Source: Squalus acanthias (lineage: Eukaryota). Taken from it: a DNA stretch of 64,000 nt. The position numbers and the translations under genes were made by a program. A model generated the notes under the pieces. The model did not search any database. It was not told where the DNA came from and worked only from the letters and a program-made list of their open reading frames with translations. The DNA lies in assembly GCA_030390025.1 (NCBI GenBank), contig CM059432.1:105588001-105652000 (forward strand), read 5' to 3'. Shown here one piece after another: positions 50,306 to 63,361 of this stretch. Position 1 is the first letter of the stretch. Each line of letters opens with the position of its first letter.

Positions 50306-51865
50306 TTCCTGTTCCTCCCCCTACCCCACCCCCATTTCCCAGTAAATAATGTTTGACCCCATTTCCTTCTCCCATGCTCCCTTCCAATCACCACCATTCT
50401 GTTATGATATGGTTCAGAATGGAGGGCAGCAATTTCCCTAACAAAAAAAAAGTAGGAGAAATCTTGAGCTCTAGCCACCCTGTGTCATTTTTCTGCACCT
50501 TTTCACAGCCTCCTATACATGGAGGCATTGCTGTAGGCTTGGGAGGAAAGTGCATTGTGGAGGGAAATAGCATAGGGAAGAAACAGGAAAAATAGGCAAA
50601 GTAATAGCTTTTTCTTAAAGAAATAGAGGAAACCATGCAATTTGCTCAGTGCAGGAATTAAGTTTAAATAAATCACATTTTCGTAAATGCTTTCATTTAT
50701 TTTATGGTTGTTACACACTTTACAGATAGTTTTTAAACAAACTTTAATATCATAGAATCAGATCCTATAAACAGGAACACTGGGTGGGCAATGTGATCCG
50801 CCTGCACAATATTAAAAGCTACTCTGTAATAAACAAATGTCACAATGAATAAACATTCTGGGGAGGACGGGATCTGGTTGGGGTACCAGCTGAAAGGCAT
50901 GGATAAGATCCTCCATTTTATTCTGTTGCTTCGAGAGGTAAGCTGTCTATTCTTGTTCCAGAACATGCAAATCTTGTGCCTAGTCAGAAACTTTAGGTCG
51001 TGTTTACTGTTAGAGCATGAGGATTGACTTTATTTTGTAAGAACTCTGAGTAACAAAGTATGCATTAAATAAACAGGGGCATACATGCTCTTTAGCTTTT
51101 GTTTTCATTTAATTTTCAGAATGATACCCTTCCTCGGATGTGTAGTTTAATGAAAAATATGTTTCAGAAAAGACTTTGGGGCAGGACCATAACAATTTTC
51201 TGTTTTAAAACGATAACATATAAAATTGTGTATATGCGGCTAATGGTTCATTTTTTTTCTGGGAATTGTTCACAGTTCTTGGCTCAACAGTTTTATGTGT
51301 ATAGAATTATTTGTGAACTTGCAATTTCATAGAACTGGTGATTAAAATAGCAAGAAAGAAGGATTTGTAAAGTATTATTCATGTAGGATCACATCCACTA
51401 AATATAAACAGCTGCATATCCTCCTGGGCCTCAAAAGGGAAAATCCTAGCTAACCAAGAGACCCTGTGGTGAGCGACATCAAAACAAAGAGAAAGAATAA
51501 TGATGTGTCCACAAAATAAATTAAAGAGGATCGTTATTGATGGTGAATTACTGTAAGTGATGCAATCTTGGCAGATTCAGTGTTTTTTTAATTTGGATCA
51601 GGGCTAATGATGTTATTAACAGAACCATGAGAATTTTTAAACACTAAAATTCCCAGTAAAATATTCTGTGCAACCATTAGATAAAACGACATTTTATGTT
51701 GAGATGTCATCTGATGATATATTAAGATCTGGCAGGTTTAAAGGATAAAACAAAATCATCAGAGAAGTAAATTATGTACAAGCAAACATGTAAAGAGAAA
51801 CTTCCAGGCTGTCAAAATTATATATTTGTTTGTTTGGGGTTGCAATTCCTTCTTTGTAAAGTATA

Positions 51866-52828
51866 GGGGTAGAAATTTGTTATGGCCCTTTATTGGGTGT
51901 AGAACGAATGGTGTGCACGCAATGCGTGCTCCAAACAGTGCCTTGCCCGAAATTGGGCTTTGGGCCTCATTTAAATAATTTGCTCAAGCTGTCAATGCCA
52001 GTTGCACCTCTAGAGGCAGCTCTCCCATTTCAAGGTATCCATTTCATGCCGCCTGTCCCACCAGCAGCGGCCCTCAGGTAAGTCCTGGTAGGAGGGGGAA
52101 GGACATCGGGAGGGGAAGCCAATCGTAGGCTGGTCGTGGCCCTCAGGAGTACTGTGGAGCTTGGAGGAGCATTCCTGCTGCTCCTGATTCCATATCAAGC
52201 AGTAAAATTTATTTTTACTTACTTTTTTGGTGGCGGACGCTTGCTAGGCTGCATCCAAGACAGGCAAACCCGAGCCAAACAGGCCAGGCACCTGCTCCAC
52301 TCCAGGCAGCCCAATTTGGTAAAGGTGCCCTCAGGCGTTAGGCCTCTTATTAACATATGCAAGAGGCCTAACACTTGTTTTAGGTGGCTGCCAAAGACAC
52401 CTGAAAAATCAACCAACACGATATGGGGTCGGACATATTTTTTAAAATTAGTTCCTGGGATGTTGGCGTCGCTGGCAAGGCCAGCATTTATTGCCCATCC
52501 CTAGTTGCCCTTGAGAAGGTGGTGGTGAGCCACCTTCTTGAACCGCTGCAGTCCGTGTGGTGTAGGTACTCCCACAGTGCTGTTAGGGAGGGAGTTCCAG
52601 GATTTTTGACCCAGCGATGATGAAGGAACGGCGATATATTTTCAAGTTAAGATGGTGTGTGACTTGGAGGGGAACTTGGAAGTGGTGGTGTTCCCATTAT
52701 TTCAGAAATCCGAGGTTGGAAGTATTTCAGGTTCCCTTGGTGTGCAGGACATTGTGCTGCAACTTTGGTACTTTTTGACCCTGTTTTTCATCTGCAGAAC
52801 AGGTGCAGCAAGGACTAATTTCTAACCC
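51866..52828. mobile_element. MITE with TSD ATA, containing a LINE tail (52437-52697)
   Basis: TIR GGGGTAGAAATT / AATTTCTAACCC; ATA on both sides. Confidence 0.7.
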
Positions 52829-53384
52829 ATATTCTCTTCATTCGCCTTGATGAATCTCAGCAAGCAGATGACCGTCTCCTTGTTCAGTTTTGCTGTGAAA
52901 CTGACTGGCAGGAGTTCAATAAAGAGGCACATGGTCACTTTTCTTCCCTTTGTGGCACCAAGTCTCAGCTAGTTCCTCCTTGCCTGCAGCACCGCAGGCT
53001 AAGATCCAGAGTTCAGCAGGTAGAGGGTTTCCCACAGAAATGCTTGTCATCCCATTCCATGCCACAGCATGAGGGAGCAACACATTTTGTGCCAAAATGT
53101 ACCCAGCTCTCGAAAAATGTGATTGATTTGGGTTAGTTATTTTCTGTTCTTTTTTATGTTGTCCATCACGAAGCACCATTCTAGCTCAGAAGGTGGGTTC
53201 AACTCCCAGTAATATCACTCAATTACCTACTGCTCAGAGTTGTGTAAAGGTGGCCCATGTGACTAGCCCTCTGATTTTCACTCCCTTCCATCTCTCTCTC
53301 TCTCTCCCCGCAAATACCCCATGGCATACAAGACTTAACGCATTTGTTAGAAATTTCTCTCTCCACTATTTTGGTGGAAGCATT

Positions 53385-53690
53385 AAAGAAAGAAAGAACC
53401 TGCATTTATATAGCGCTTTTCATGACTTCAGGATGTCTCAAAGTGCTTTACAGCCAATGAAGTGCTTTTTGAAGTGTAGTCACTGTTGTTACATAGGAAA
53501 CACGGCAGCTAAATTGCGCACAGCAAGTTCCCACAAACAGCAATGTGATAATGACCAGATAATCTGTTTTTGTTATGTTGATTGAGGGATAAATATTGGC
53601 CAGGACAGCAGGGAGAACTCCCCCGCTCTTCTTCAAAATAGTGCCATGGGATCTTTTACTTCCACCTGAATGGGCAGATGGGGCAGAAAG
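53385..53690 (-). mobile_element. SINE (same family as 3375-3750)
   Basis: (TTTC)n tail and conserved body; a partial plus-strand copy lies at ~54240-54420. Confidence 0.65.
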
Positions 53691-54757
53691 ACGGATTCAT
53701 CCTTTCACAATAAATAGTTTAATTCCTCCACTATAATAGTGCAGAGAGGAATTTCAGGCAAATACATTAAGTGTTCATATGCTAGTATCCCATGCATAAC
53801 TTCAGTGCCCTTGAGTCCAATCTCAGTGACACTGCTGATATCAGGAATTCATTATGTGGTTTGAAACTTGTATCCTTGGCACAGTATTATCTGTAAGGGA
53901 CAGATTAATCTTCTTCAAAAGGCTCAGCCCAACAACTTCAATACAATTCCTCAGAGGTGATAGTGGTGGCCACAAGGCCTCCCCACTACTAATCAGCCTT
54001 TTACCAGAACATCTTCTTGTGTAATAAGCATTAATGGTGTAATGCTTCAATATTGTAACCAGTTATTATGAACAGTTAAAAAAAAATCCAACCTTGTGCA
54101 ATTGGTCATGATTTGTTATGCAGAGGCAAATTTACACAGGGTAGTATCACCAAGTCCTAGGTCACACAAGAACTGAAATACAATTATAGCCTCAAGACCA
54201 TTGCCACTGACTGAACAGCAGCTGCAAATGGAGCATTGCATTTTTGCCAGGCAATCATTTGCTGTCTTTTTGTGGGATCTTGCTGTGCGTGAATTGGCTG
54301 CCACGTTTTCAACATTACAACAGTAACTATACTTTAAAAGTTCTTAATTGGCTGTAAAATGCTTTGGGGCGTCCTGAGGTAATGAAAGGTGCTATATAAA
54401 TTCAAGTTCTTTCTTTCTTTCTAGAATGATCCTGGATAGTCACTTTAAGTAGTAAAATCATGTGTGCCTGATACACTTAGGGCTGGATTTTGCCATTGGG
54501 GCGGGATGGGGCGTGTCAGGTGGTTTTCGTGTCAGGAACCCGACTCCGATGTGAAGTGGGAAAAAAGTGCGATTTTCCCCTAATTGGGCACTTGATTTCC
54601 AGCGTGTGGGAACCCCTGGCCCAATGAGTTTTCCATCCTGAAAGTCGCCTCCGATGACGTCATCAGTGCTGCTGGCTTTAAGGCCTGCAAGCAGCCTTGC
54701 TTCTTCTGGAGACTGCAAACTTTATGCCCATTGCTGTGATCGCTTCATTCAGCAAAT

Positions 54758-56689
54758 ATGTCCAGCAGCAGGCCAAAGTGTGCTCCACGGTTCGATGACG
54801 CCGCCCTGCAAGCTCTGGTGGAGGGAGCAAGATCAAATAAGGAGGTGCTCTTCCCTTCCTCAGGGAGGAAAAAGCCTCCCCAGCAGACTAAAGCTGTCTG
54901 GATGCAAGTGGCCCAGGAGGTCAACTCAATCTCTATGTGCCGCAGAACCTGGCTGCAGTGCAGGAAGAGGTTTCATGACCTTCTCCGCACAGGAAAAGTG
55001 AGTATGACTTTCCCATCACCCTCAATCTGATCCCCATCGCCTCTCCTCACCAGCACTCAGCTTTGCCAACCTCTTCCTCCACATCCCACTTAACACTGAC
55101 ATCCCTGCACCCTTACCCATTCCCCCTCTCTGTATGTTCACATTCACTTAACTATTCGACTATGCAGCCCTCACACTCCCGATCGCTGTGATGCTATGAC
55201 AACAACTTACAACACACAGGGAGGGCCCTTGGTCTTGGCACCTCACTCCATCTTTGTCTCCTTCTAAGCATCTATGCTATGGAATCTCTACACTCACTCC
55301 TTCATTTTCACTCAAACTCCACTTGTGTCCCTCATTGCAGGAAAAGAGAGCCCACAATAAGAGGGAGAGGGCGAGGACAGGAGGAGGGCCACCCTCAGTA
55401 GCCCAGCTCACCACTGCGGAGGAGGCGGTCCTGGAGATTGTGGGAGTGGAGGAGGATGCGCAAGTGGGGGACGGACAAACGGGTGCATCGCAGCAAGCTG
55501 GTGACAGAATAGTTTTGCATCTCTCTCATTGACATTGCATGAGTCACTGATAATGATTCTGAAAGTCTAACAGATTGACTTATGATCATCTGCACAATTC
55601 AATGTGCATGCAAACTTTACCTCACATCTTCAACTCTTTCCTTTACTCCCCCACAGGACCATCAACAGCCCCCGTCCCCACTGTCCAAGAGGAAGAGCCT
55701 GAGCTTCAAGACTCCTCAGAGGAAGCTGCAACCTTTGAAGGCGTAGTGTCAGCAGAATTCAGCGCACCCAGCACCAGCACAGACAATCTCACCTCGGTGG
55801 GAACTGCGCGAGATAGTGTAGTGTTGTCACCTGGTGTATCACAGCTCACAAGTGAGCATCAGCAGATGGTGGAGACAGGGACAGCAGTGGAGTGTCCTCG
55901 TTGGAGGGCGCAGGACTCTGCCAGCTCGACTCGGCTGCATGTTGACCCTGTGCCTCCAGGGCCATCCAGAAGAAGAGCGGTGCTTGAACTCCAAGAACAG
56001 GTGCAGGAGTCTCTGGCAGGTTTAGTCTCCAGGGTCACTGCGAGTGTGGAGCCTTTGTGGAGGCGTTGGCGCATGAATGTATCACCACGGAAAGGATGGC
56101 AACCTCCGTGGAAAGGATGACTACTGTAGAGGAGAGGATGGCTATGGCCATGGAGGAGCTTAGTCGCCAGGGTCGTGAAAATATGGTCATTGTTCAGAAT
56201 AGACTGACATCTCTTGAGGAGCGATGGTCAGCTATTGAGCAGAGAAACCAGACCTTCATGGAAGTCCTCTGGAGTAGGACTTCCAGTGCAGAAACGGGTC
56301 CTCGTGGCCCCCCTGAAGTGCAGAAAGGGGCTGTCCAGCCACTTGCTAGGTCTGAAGTGGGGCTGACCCATGAGAGGGATGTTGGTGGCAGACAACAAGG
56401 AAGTGGGGGCTCCTCTCCAAGCGCTCACACAACCATGCCACTGCAGAGCCCTCGGTCAGAGCCCCACCAGAGTCCCCACCCAACTGAGAGCGGCGTCTCA
56501 ACCCCTGCACAGCCGCAGGAGCAGCAGACTGTTGCCGAGCCCTCACAGGCTCGCAACCCCAGAGGACGCCCGCCAAAGGTGTCGAGGCAGGAGCAGCAAG
56601 AAAGTGAGCAAGGGGCCTCCACATCTGCTGAAGCCACAGGGGAAGCACCACGTAGGAGCACGCGTAAGAGGAAGATAATGCACAAGTAG
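54758..56689 (+). pseudogene. Harbinger Myb/SANT-like gene, exons 54758-54997, 55341-55500, 55657-56689 (one frameshift ~56050)
   Basis: PRFDDAALQALVEG...W.QVAQEV...RTWLQCRKRFHDL; AAA|gtgagt, gcag|GAA, G|gtgaca and acag|GA splice sites in compatible phases; basic C-terminus RRSTRKRK. Confidence 0.88.
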
Positions 56690-56944
56690 TCACAAGGGTA
56701 GTCACTTGGGTGTCATGTTGTGTTTATTTTTGAAATGCCATCAGTTGCTTGTGATAAAAAATGCTGATGTCAAACTGTTGAAGTTGTGGCATGTGTCATT
56801 TCGCAAATGGGATTTCCACATTGCGGGCTTAGGGTGACTTGCAATTGTAAGTATGGTGGTCATAGTGATAGGAATCCGCAGGTTCTTGGCCATTGTCGAT
56901 GGTCTGGTAAGAAGCTGCGAGGCAAAAGTGCTTGATTGTCTAGG

Positions 56945-58178
56945 CTAAGCAAATCTGGCCAAGATGAGTGCGTCCCTTGCATACCAGGCAGCAATGTGCT
57001 CGCATGCTGCTGCCGCTGGTTGATGCGCCTCTGCAAGCTGTTCATTGTCGCTCTCCTCCTCCTCATCTGAGAAGGGTATGTGATGAGCCACTTGTTCATC
57101 AGGCATCTGCAAGCCACGATGCTGTGCCATGTTGTGAAGTGCACAGCAGACCACGTCCATTCAGGAGACCCTGGCTGCTGAGTACTGCAGGGCTCCACCT
57201 GATCTATCAAGGCATCTGAAGCGCATCTTCAGCAAGCCGATGGTTTGTTCGATTATGGATCTGGTGGAAATGTGGCTGGAGTTGTAGCGCTCCTCAGCTT
57301 CGTTGGATGGGCTCCTCAATGGCGTCATTAGCCACGTCTTCAGGGGATAACCCTTGTCTCCAACTAGCCATCCGAAAAGTTGGTCTGGCGGACTGAAGAG
57401 CGGAGGCACACTAGACTGGCGCAGGATGAAGGAGTCATGGCAACTGCCAGGGTACTTGGCGCAAACATGCAAAACTTCCTTATTGTGGTCACACACCAGC
57501 TGAACGTTGAGGGAGTGGAAGCCCTTGCGGTTGACAAAAATACCTGGATTGTGATGGGGTGCCTTAAGGGCCACATGTGTGCAGTCAACGACGCCCTGCA
57601 CCCTTGGAAAGCCTGCCAGATTGTCAAACCCAACCGCACACACAGTTACACTGGCTTGATCCTTGGAGAAATTGATGTAATTATGAGCGATGGCAAAGCG
57701 GGCATCGGTTACCTGCGTGATGCAAGTGTGTGCGGCCGCCTGGGAGATGCCGCTGATGTCTGCTGCTGATCCCTGGAATGAGCCTGAAGCAAAAAAGTTG
57801 AGTGTGGTGGTGACTTTGACGGCCACTAGTAAGGGGTGTCCACCTGCTCCTCTGGGCGCCAGCTTTTGCTGCAGCATTGCACAGATGTCACCCACTACCT
57901 CTCGTGAAAGTCGGAGCCTCCTTTGGCACTGCTGCTCAGTCATGTTGGTAGCTGATCTTCTGTCTGTAGACCTTGTTTTGGGGGTATCTCCTGCGCCGAC
58001 GTGCTTCCATGCGCTGGCGCCTTCTGGCCTGTGCAGCTTCAGGTGGGTGAGCAGCAGCTTGAAGCTCCAGCTGTTGCTCCTGCAGTTGGTGGTGCTGTTG
58101 TTCAGGGTTCTGCTGCTGCCGCGGCTGGTCTTCGTCCGAATCTGATGTCCAGGAGGAAAGGAAATAAATGGTTCCCAT
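56945..58178 (-). pseudogene. HARBI1-like DDE transposase (one frameshift ~57940, one TGA at 57161-57163)
   Basis: Catalytic motifs VDCTH, HDSFIL, GDKGY and [16 protein letters not shown] are retained. Confidence 0.92.
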
Positions 58179-59499
58179 TCTTCTGGTATATACCTCAGTT
58201 TAAGAAGCGCTCATTCAAGGTGGGCAGAGGGGTTTCCCAGGAGGTCACACTGGAGATGGGTGTCAGGCTCCAAACTTCCAGAACAATGAGTAGGCCTGCT
58301 AAAAGTTCCCCCAGACCTAAGACAACAAAGTTCTGCCACCTACAAATGATGATTGCTGAAAACTCCTTTTTAATGGTGGAGCTGCAGCTGTTAGTTAGCA
58401 ATCCGCTTGTGATGCCGCCAGGATTCACTGGCGTGTTCCAGAGGAGACGTGCAGCACGTGGAAAAAGTGTTAAAATCAGAAAGGCCTCTCAAAATGGGAT
58501 TATAGAGGCAATTAAGTGGTTATTAAGGGCCTATCCCACCTCTTGGAGGCGGGATGGAAACAGGGTCAGAAAACACGCATGTGGGAAAATTGCTCGGAGG
58601 CGGGATGGAGGTGGGATCGGGCCCGCCCGCCTTTTTTTGCGATTTTACCACCTCACACGCCTCCAATCCCGCCTCCTCGGGCCTGGCAAAATCGAGCCCT
58701 TAGAATAACAGTAATACAAAGTGCACCAGAGGACTACAATATTCAAATAATGATTTAAATATTCAACTGCAGGAAAACAATATTCTATATTAAATAAAAT
58801 ATGGTTTTAGCACCCTGTTGCCATGAATCACTATGGTTGCAGATTTAGAATGATGTTCACAGTTGAAAGAAAATCTTGCCCTTAAGGCAAATTTTTAACT
58901 TCCTAGCTGTCAAAAGAAAGAAGCAGAACAAAAAGGGTGAACTTCCTAAAAGAAATTAAAAAGTTGCTAACAGTCCACTTGGAAAAAAAACAGAAGCAAA
59001 ATGTTTACCTAAAATAAATGCAAACATGACTCCAGAATGAAGTATTGTTGTGATAGTGAATAATCCAATATAAGAATATTTCATTTCTTTCTGGATTATG
59101 GACTTTAGCCTTAATCTAACTAACTGGGGAAGAAATTGGTTAGTGCCCGACTATGGGTACGAAATGGGTGGAGTGACTGCAACATGTGTCCAAAGAGGTC
59201 AGCCCGAGGATCACCCGAAATTGACCTTTGGGCTCATTACCATGAGACTGGCGAGCTGCGGGCATCAATCGGGCATCCCAATGCAGCTCGTCGGTCAGGC
59301 CCAGAGAAAGAATGGCTGGTGCAGATATATTTCAGGTGCCCTTGAGGCAATCGACGTAACTCTGTGAAATTGGACCTCGGTTCCTCCATTTTGCACCCAA
59401 GGAACGGATGAAACAATGTCCAATTTTGCTCCCACTAACTCATATACTGTAGCCTTCTTAATCAATCTTATGAGCCTAATAATTACCATTGGTGATAAT

Positions 59500-60256
59500 G
59501 GCCCTGAATTTGGGTCAGAGGCGTACCTCTGGAGTACGCCTCTGACCCGCGAAACATTTCCGAACTTACCTCCTGGCTCCACAGCTACGGAGAGTTCGGG
59601 TCCTAGGCCTGCGTAAAAGCCCACGGATCCCAGGGACGCAGGCTGTTCGGAAGCGTCCCTGGGATCATGTGGGCCAGGCCGTCCAATGAAAAAGGAGGAT
59701 TCCTTTGCAGTCATTTCCGAACGGAATTCCCTAATGACATGAAATGGAATCCCCAAATAATTAAACAATTTAGACAACTCTAATAAATATAAATGTTCTG
59801 GTTTTCAAATTTAATTAGAAGTCCCTTAATTACACCAAATACAATTAAAAAAAATTTTTTTGAAAAATTATTTTAAACATTTTAATCCAGGCCAATATTT
59901 GCATAAACTAATTTTAAGTGTTTGTGCATCATTTTTAATTTTTTTATTTTTTATTTAAATTTATATTAACCCTTACGCTGGTGAAAGCAGGCCCTACACC
60001 TGCTTTTACCAGCCGTAAGAGTTTCGTGGACAATTGTTGGGCAGTAATTGGGCAAATAGCTCAACTCTGCGCCAGCAAACCTGATTTCTCAGTCGGTTCG
60101 GTAGATCTGTCAAGGCGTACCTTGACAGATCACAAGGTCCGGGATTTCGTGCATGCGCAGCGCATGCAGAAACCCAGAACTTGCGAGGCCCAAAGAGAAA
60201 GAATAGGATGGTGTACGCTGACTGTACGCTGTCAAAGACACCGTAAATTCTGGCCC
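59500..60256. mobile_element. MITE with AT-rich centre
   Basis: Ends GGCCCTGAATTT / AAATTCTGGCCC; flanks aat/att. Confidence 0.6.
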
Positions 60257-62797
60257 ATTATTGTTCGATATTCTACTATCTTCTATTTTAGCAAACACGT
60301 TAACCCATTTAAATTAAAGGACATCTTTTAAATACGTTAAGCATTTGTCTGCTAATATCACCATCTAGGCTATAATTGGGTGCATGGGGTAAGGTCTCTC
60401 TTACCCTGCGCTCCTCCCAAGCTATTCGCCAGTGAAAGGCAGTAAAGTCTTTATGTAAATATTTACAACCTGAAAAATTTCATGGCACGAGCACAATGTT
60501 CAAGGGTGGAATCTAGTGGTAGAATATACGTCAGCACTATTAAAAAAACAAATGGAAATGGTCCTCTGACAGTTGCTGCTATTTGTTAGTCACTGTTCTA
60601 CCTCACTGAGTACAGATCAGGACCCCAGTAGTTTATGAAGGGAATTTGTAACAAAAAATATGCACCAGTAAAGTTGAATAGCATTTAGCTCCAACTTCTG
60701 ACAGTTTTGTACTGAAGACCTGGATCCATTAGGAATTAGATTGAGACCACCAAAGCTAGTTTCACATTGTGTGAGATGAGATTTTATCCAATCAATCTGC
60801 TGAAATTCAAACCCTGGCCACACAGAACAAAAGACAGGCACAGAGAAAACGAATGCCACGTTTGTACAAAATTCGATGCAACATGTAAAGTACAATCACA
60901 ACTTGAGCAAACTCACAAACCATAGAATTCTGCAAAGTTAGGCCTTAATCATACAGCTACTGTGCAATGAGGAGAGGTGAAAGCATGGAACCAATCCTCG
61001 TGCAATAAAGTTATAGTGCAGTGAATACTGAGTAGGAAACAAAGCACTGGATCTTGTCAAAGCTGAGGTGAAATAGGCTGTACTGTGATTGACTTAGAAA
61101 GGAGGAAAGTGTCTGATATGTGCATATGGTTGCCATGCATGGAAACAGAAAGGACACTTGAACGCTTTTGAGAGTGTCAGGATAAAGGCTGAACCTTTTT
61201 GGAATCAAATAACTAACGTTACTAAACAAGTTTTGATGGCTGCTTCATAATTAAATTATCTTTTTTGGGTTGAACTCTGAAAACGCCCCCACCACCCCAC
61301 ATCGAAAAAATTTATAAACAGTATTTGTTAACAGAAAAAACACTTGATTTCATTGTTTATATTTGATTATTTCACCATAATTTGTACTTTTAGCATTTTA
61401 TATCATCAGACCCGATGCCTGAGGTCAGAGCATTACATAAAGTGGATGAGTATCAGTGCAACTTGAGTGCTTGCTACAGGAAATTAGAATGGGGGGTCAC
61501 CGTGGCGATAGTGGACCAGCCAAAGAAATTGAAGAAAAAGATATCAAGCCTTTTATTCAAAATAAACCCTGGCCTTCAGCAATGTAGCAGCCTTTTATGC
61601 CCTTATTGTTGTTGGATGCCAGGAAAGCTCAAGTATCCCATCTGCCCAGCATTCCTAAGAGCATAAATGCAGGAATTACGTTGTATGATATTATTTCCAC
61701 ATTTGCATGCGCCTGCCCAATTTTGGCGGGTTGGAAAAGGAGCGGAGACCTTAGTGTAATCAAATCCAGCCCTCGCTAGTTCCCATCCACACCGAAAACA
61801 ACGCTTTAACAATGGAAAGGCCACGAAAATTCAGTCTCATTACTAAGAGCTTTCCTCCCTCCCATTTTTTCACCATTGTCTTCATTGTAACTGCCCTGAA
61901 TTTCTCTTTCCTCATCAGACCAACCATTACTGTGGTCATTATTTGCCACCGCCAAATTCTCTGAAAACCCTAACTATCCTGATAAAATTTTTCAACATTT
62001 CCTGTCACTAACCTACCCGCTACCCAACTCTACCCACTCGCCATGACAGCCTTTTATCCATTCACTACCACTAACCTGTCCACAATTCGACAGCTTCCTC
62101 CTTTTCTCCTAAAGGTTCATTCCTCCTGCCACTCAAGCCTAACTCCCCAACATACGCCCTCCAAATTCTCACATATCCAACTTTGCACTCACATTTGAAT
62201 CAACATAAAATTCTCTAAATGCTTTTATTGTACAATTTATATACAAAATACTACATTCAATCATGTTCAATACTTTACAGAAAACTATTCCACAATTTTT
62301 ACATATATAAATGCACTTTACAAATAATGTTATATATTTTGCATTAATTTAGTTTAACTCATTTTATTATTTGCAATCCTCTGTTATCATATAAAAACCT
62401 TCTAATATACAATTTTGTCCCAATTTTCAATTGCTAACATTCATTTTACTATAATTTCTATATAGTTTTGCAATGCTACATTCACTATTATACCATCTGA
62501 TCCAAGCAAATAGCTTCCTTCGAGTAACATCACAGGAGATCTACAAGTATCTATAATAAATACAATGTTAAATATGTAATGAATTATTGTATTATCTGGT
62601 GAATTGCCCCACCTTCAATCATGTGTTTTATATGCTGTAAATATAACATTAGTATAAATCGGGGCGTTTCTAAATGTTATAATATAATCCTGGATTTCTT
62701 ATTGGAAAACATCTATTTGTAGGTGTTATGTCAAGTCATTTCTTTTACATAAATTGAATGCATTTTAAAAGTATTGCAGTAAGGTGTGAAAAGAGAT

Positions 62798-62984
62798 GGG
62801 GCTAGAAATTCGTCTCGGACAGTGGTGCAAAACGGGCGGTATCGGATCGTCCGTCCGTTATACACAGCGCCTAATATTCAGTTCCACTGCAGTCAATGGA
62901 ACGGAATATCAGGCACTCCGTATAAAAGGCGGATGATCTGATACCGCCTGTTTTGTGCCACTGCCCGGGACGAATTTCTATGCC
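62798..62984. mobile_element. Fully palindromic ~187-bp MITE; second decayed copy at ~63000-63135
   Basis: tagaaattcgtc..cagtgg.gcaaaac.ggcggtatc.gatc arms mirrored around ccactgcagtcaatgg; the second copy is centred on ccattgacttcaatag. Confidence 0.75.
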
Positions 62985-63231
62985 TAGATTTTGACCTTGT
63001 GTGATCGTATAAAACAGGTAGCAACGAATCAGCAGCATCTCTCCCGGTTTTTACTTCCATTGACTTCAATAGAAATAAAAATCGGGAGAGATGAAAAATG
63101 GGCTGCCGATTCGCTGTCACCCATTAAACACTGTCGCTCAAAGTCAAGATCTCCCCCAGAAGCAGACTTAATTATAAATTCTGAGGACTGCTGCATTTCA
63201 TTTTTTTTGCAGGTTGGAAAAAACTAGAGGA

Positions 63232-63361
63232 ATGGAAGTTGAGTGGGTGAAGAGATTTTTGCTCTTGCTCATAGTTCTCCAAGTACAGACTCTGTCTCTC
63301 ACTGCAACACGTCCTGCCTCAGACATCTGTGCAACTCACGTAATCTTGCCAGGTCCAAAAG
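63232..63361 (+). CDS. COLEC10: Collectin-10 (CL-L1) first coding exon
   Basis: MEVEWVKRFLLLLIVLQVQTLSLTATRPASDICATHVILPGPKG aligns with human COLEC10 ...FILLVLFLLQIQSLGLDIDSRPTAEVCATHTISPGPKG. Donor AAAG|gtact; an acceptor (ttttttttgcag) ends at 63212. Confidence 0.88.

Larger units (their letters stand above)
54480..58699. mobile_element. Complete two-gene Harbinger/PIF DNA transposon, 4220 bp, TSD TTA
   Basis: 16-bp TIR GGGCTGGATTTTGCCA / TGGCAAAATCGAGCCC (1 mismatch); TTA at 54477-54479 and 58700-58702; convergent Myb/SANT and transposase genes. Confidence 0.95.

Noticed and set aside
56945..58178. Host HARBI1 gene
   Set aside because: It lies between TIRs with a TSD, is disrupted, and has several diverged relatives in the window, so it is a transposon copy.
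58001..58708. 235-aa plus-strand ORF
   Set aside because: Non-ATG start, antisense to the transposase 5' end, runs through the TIR, and has no recognisable motif.
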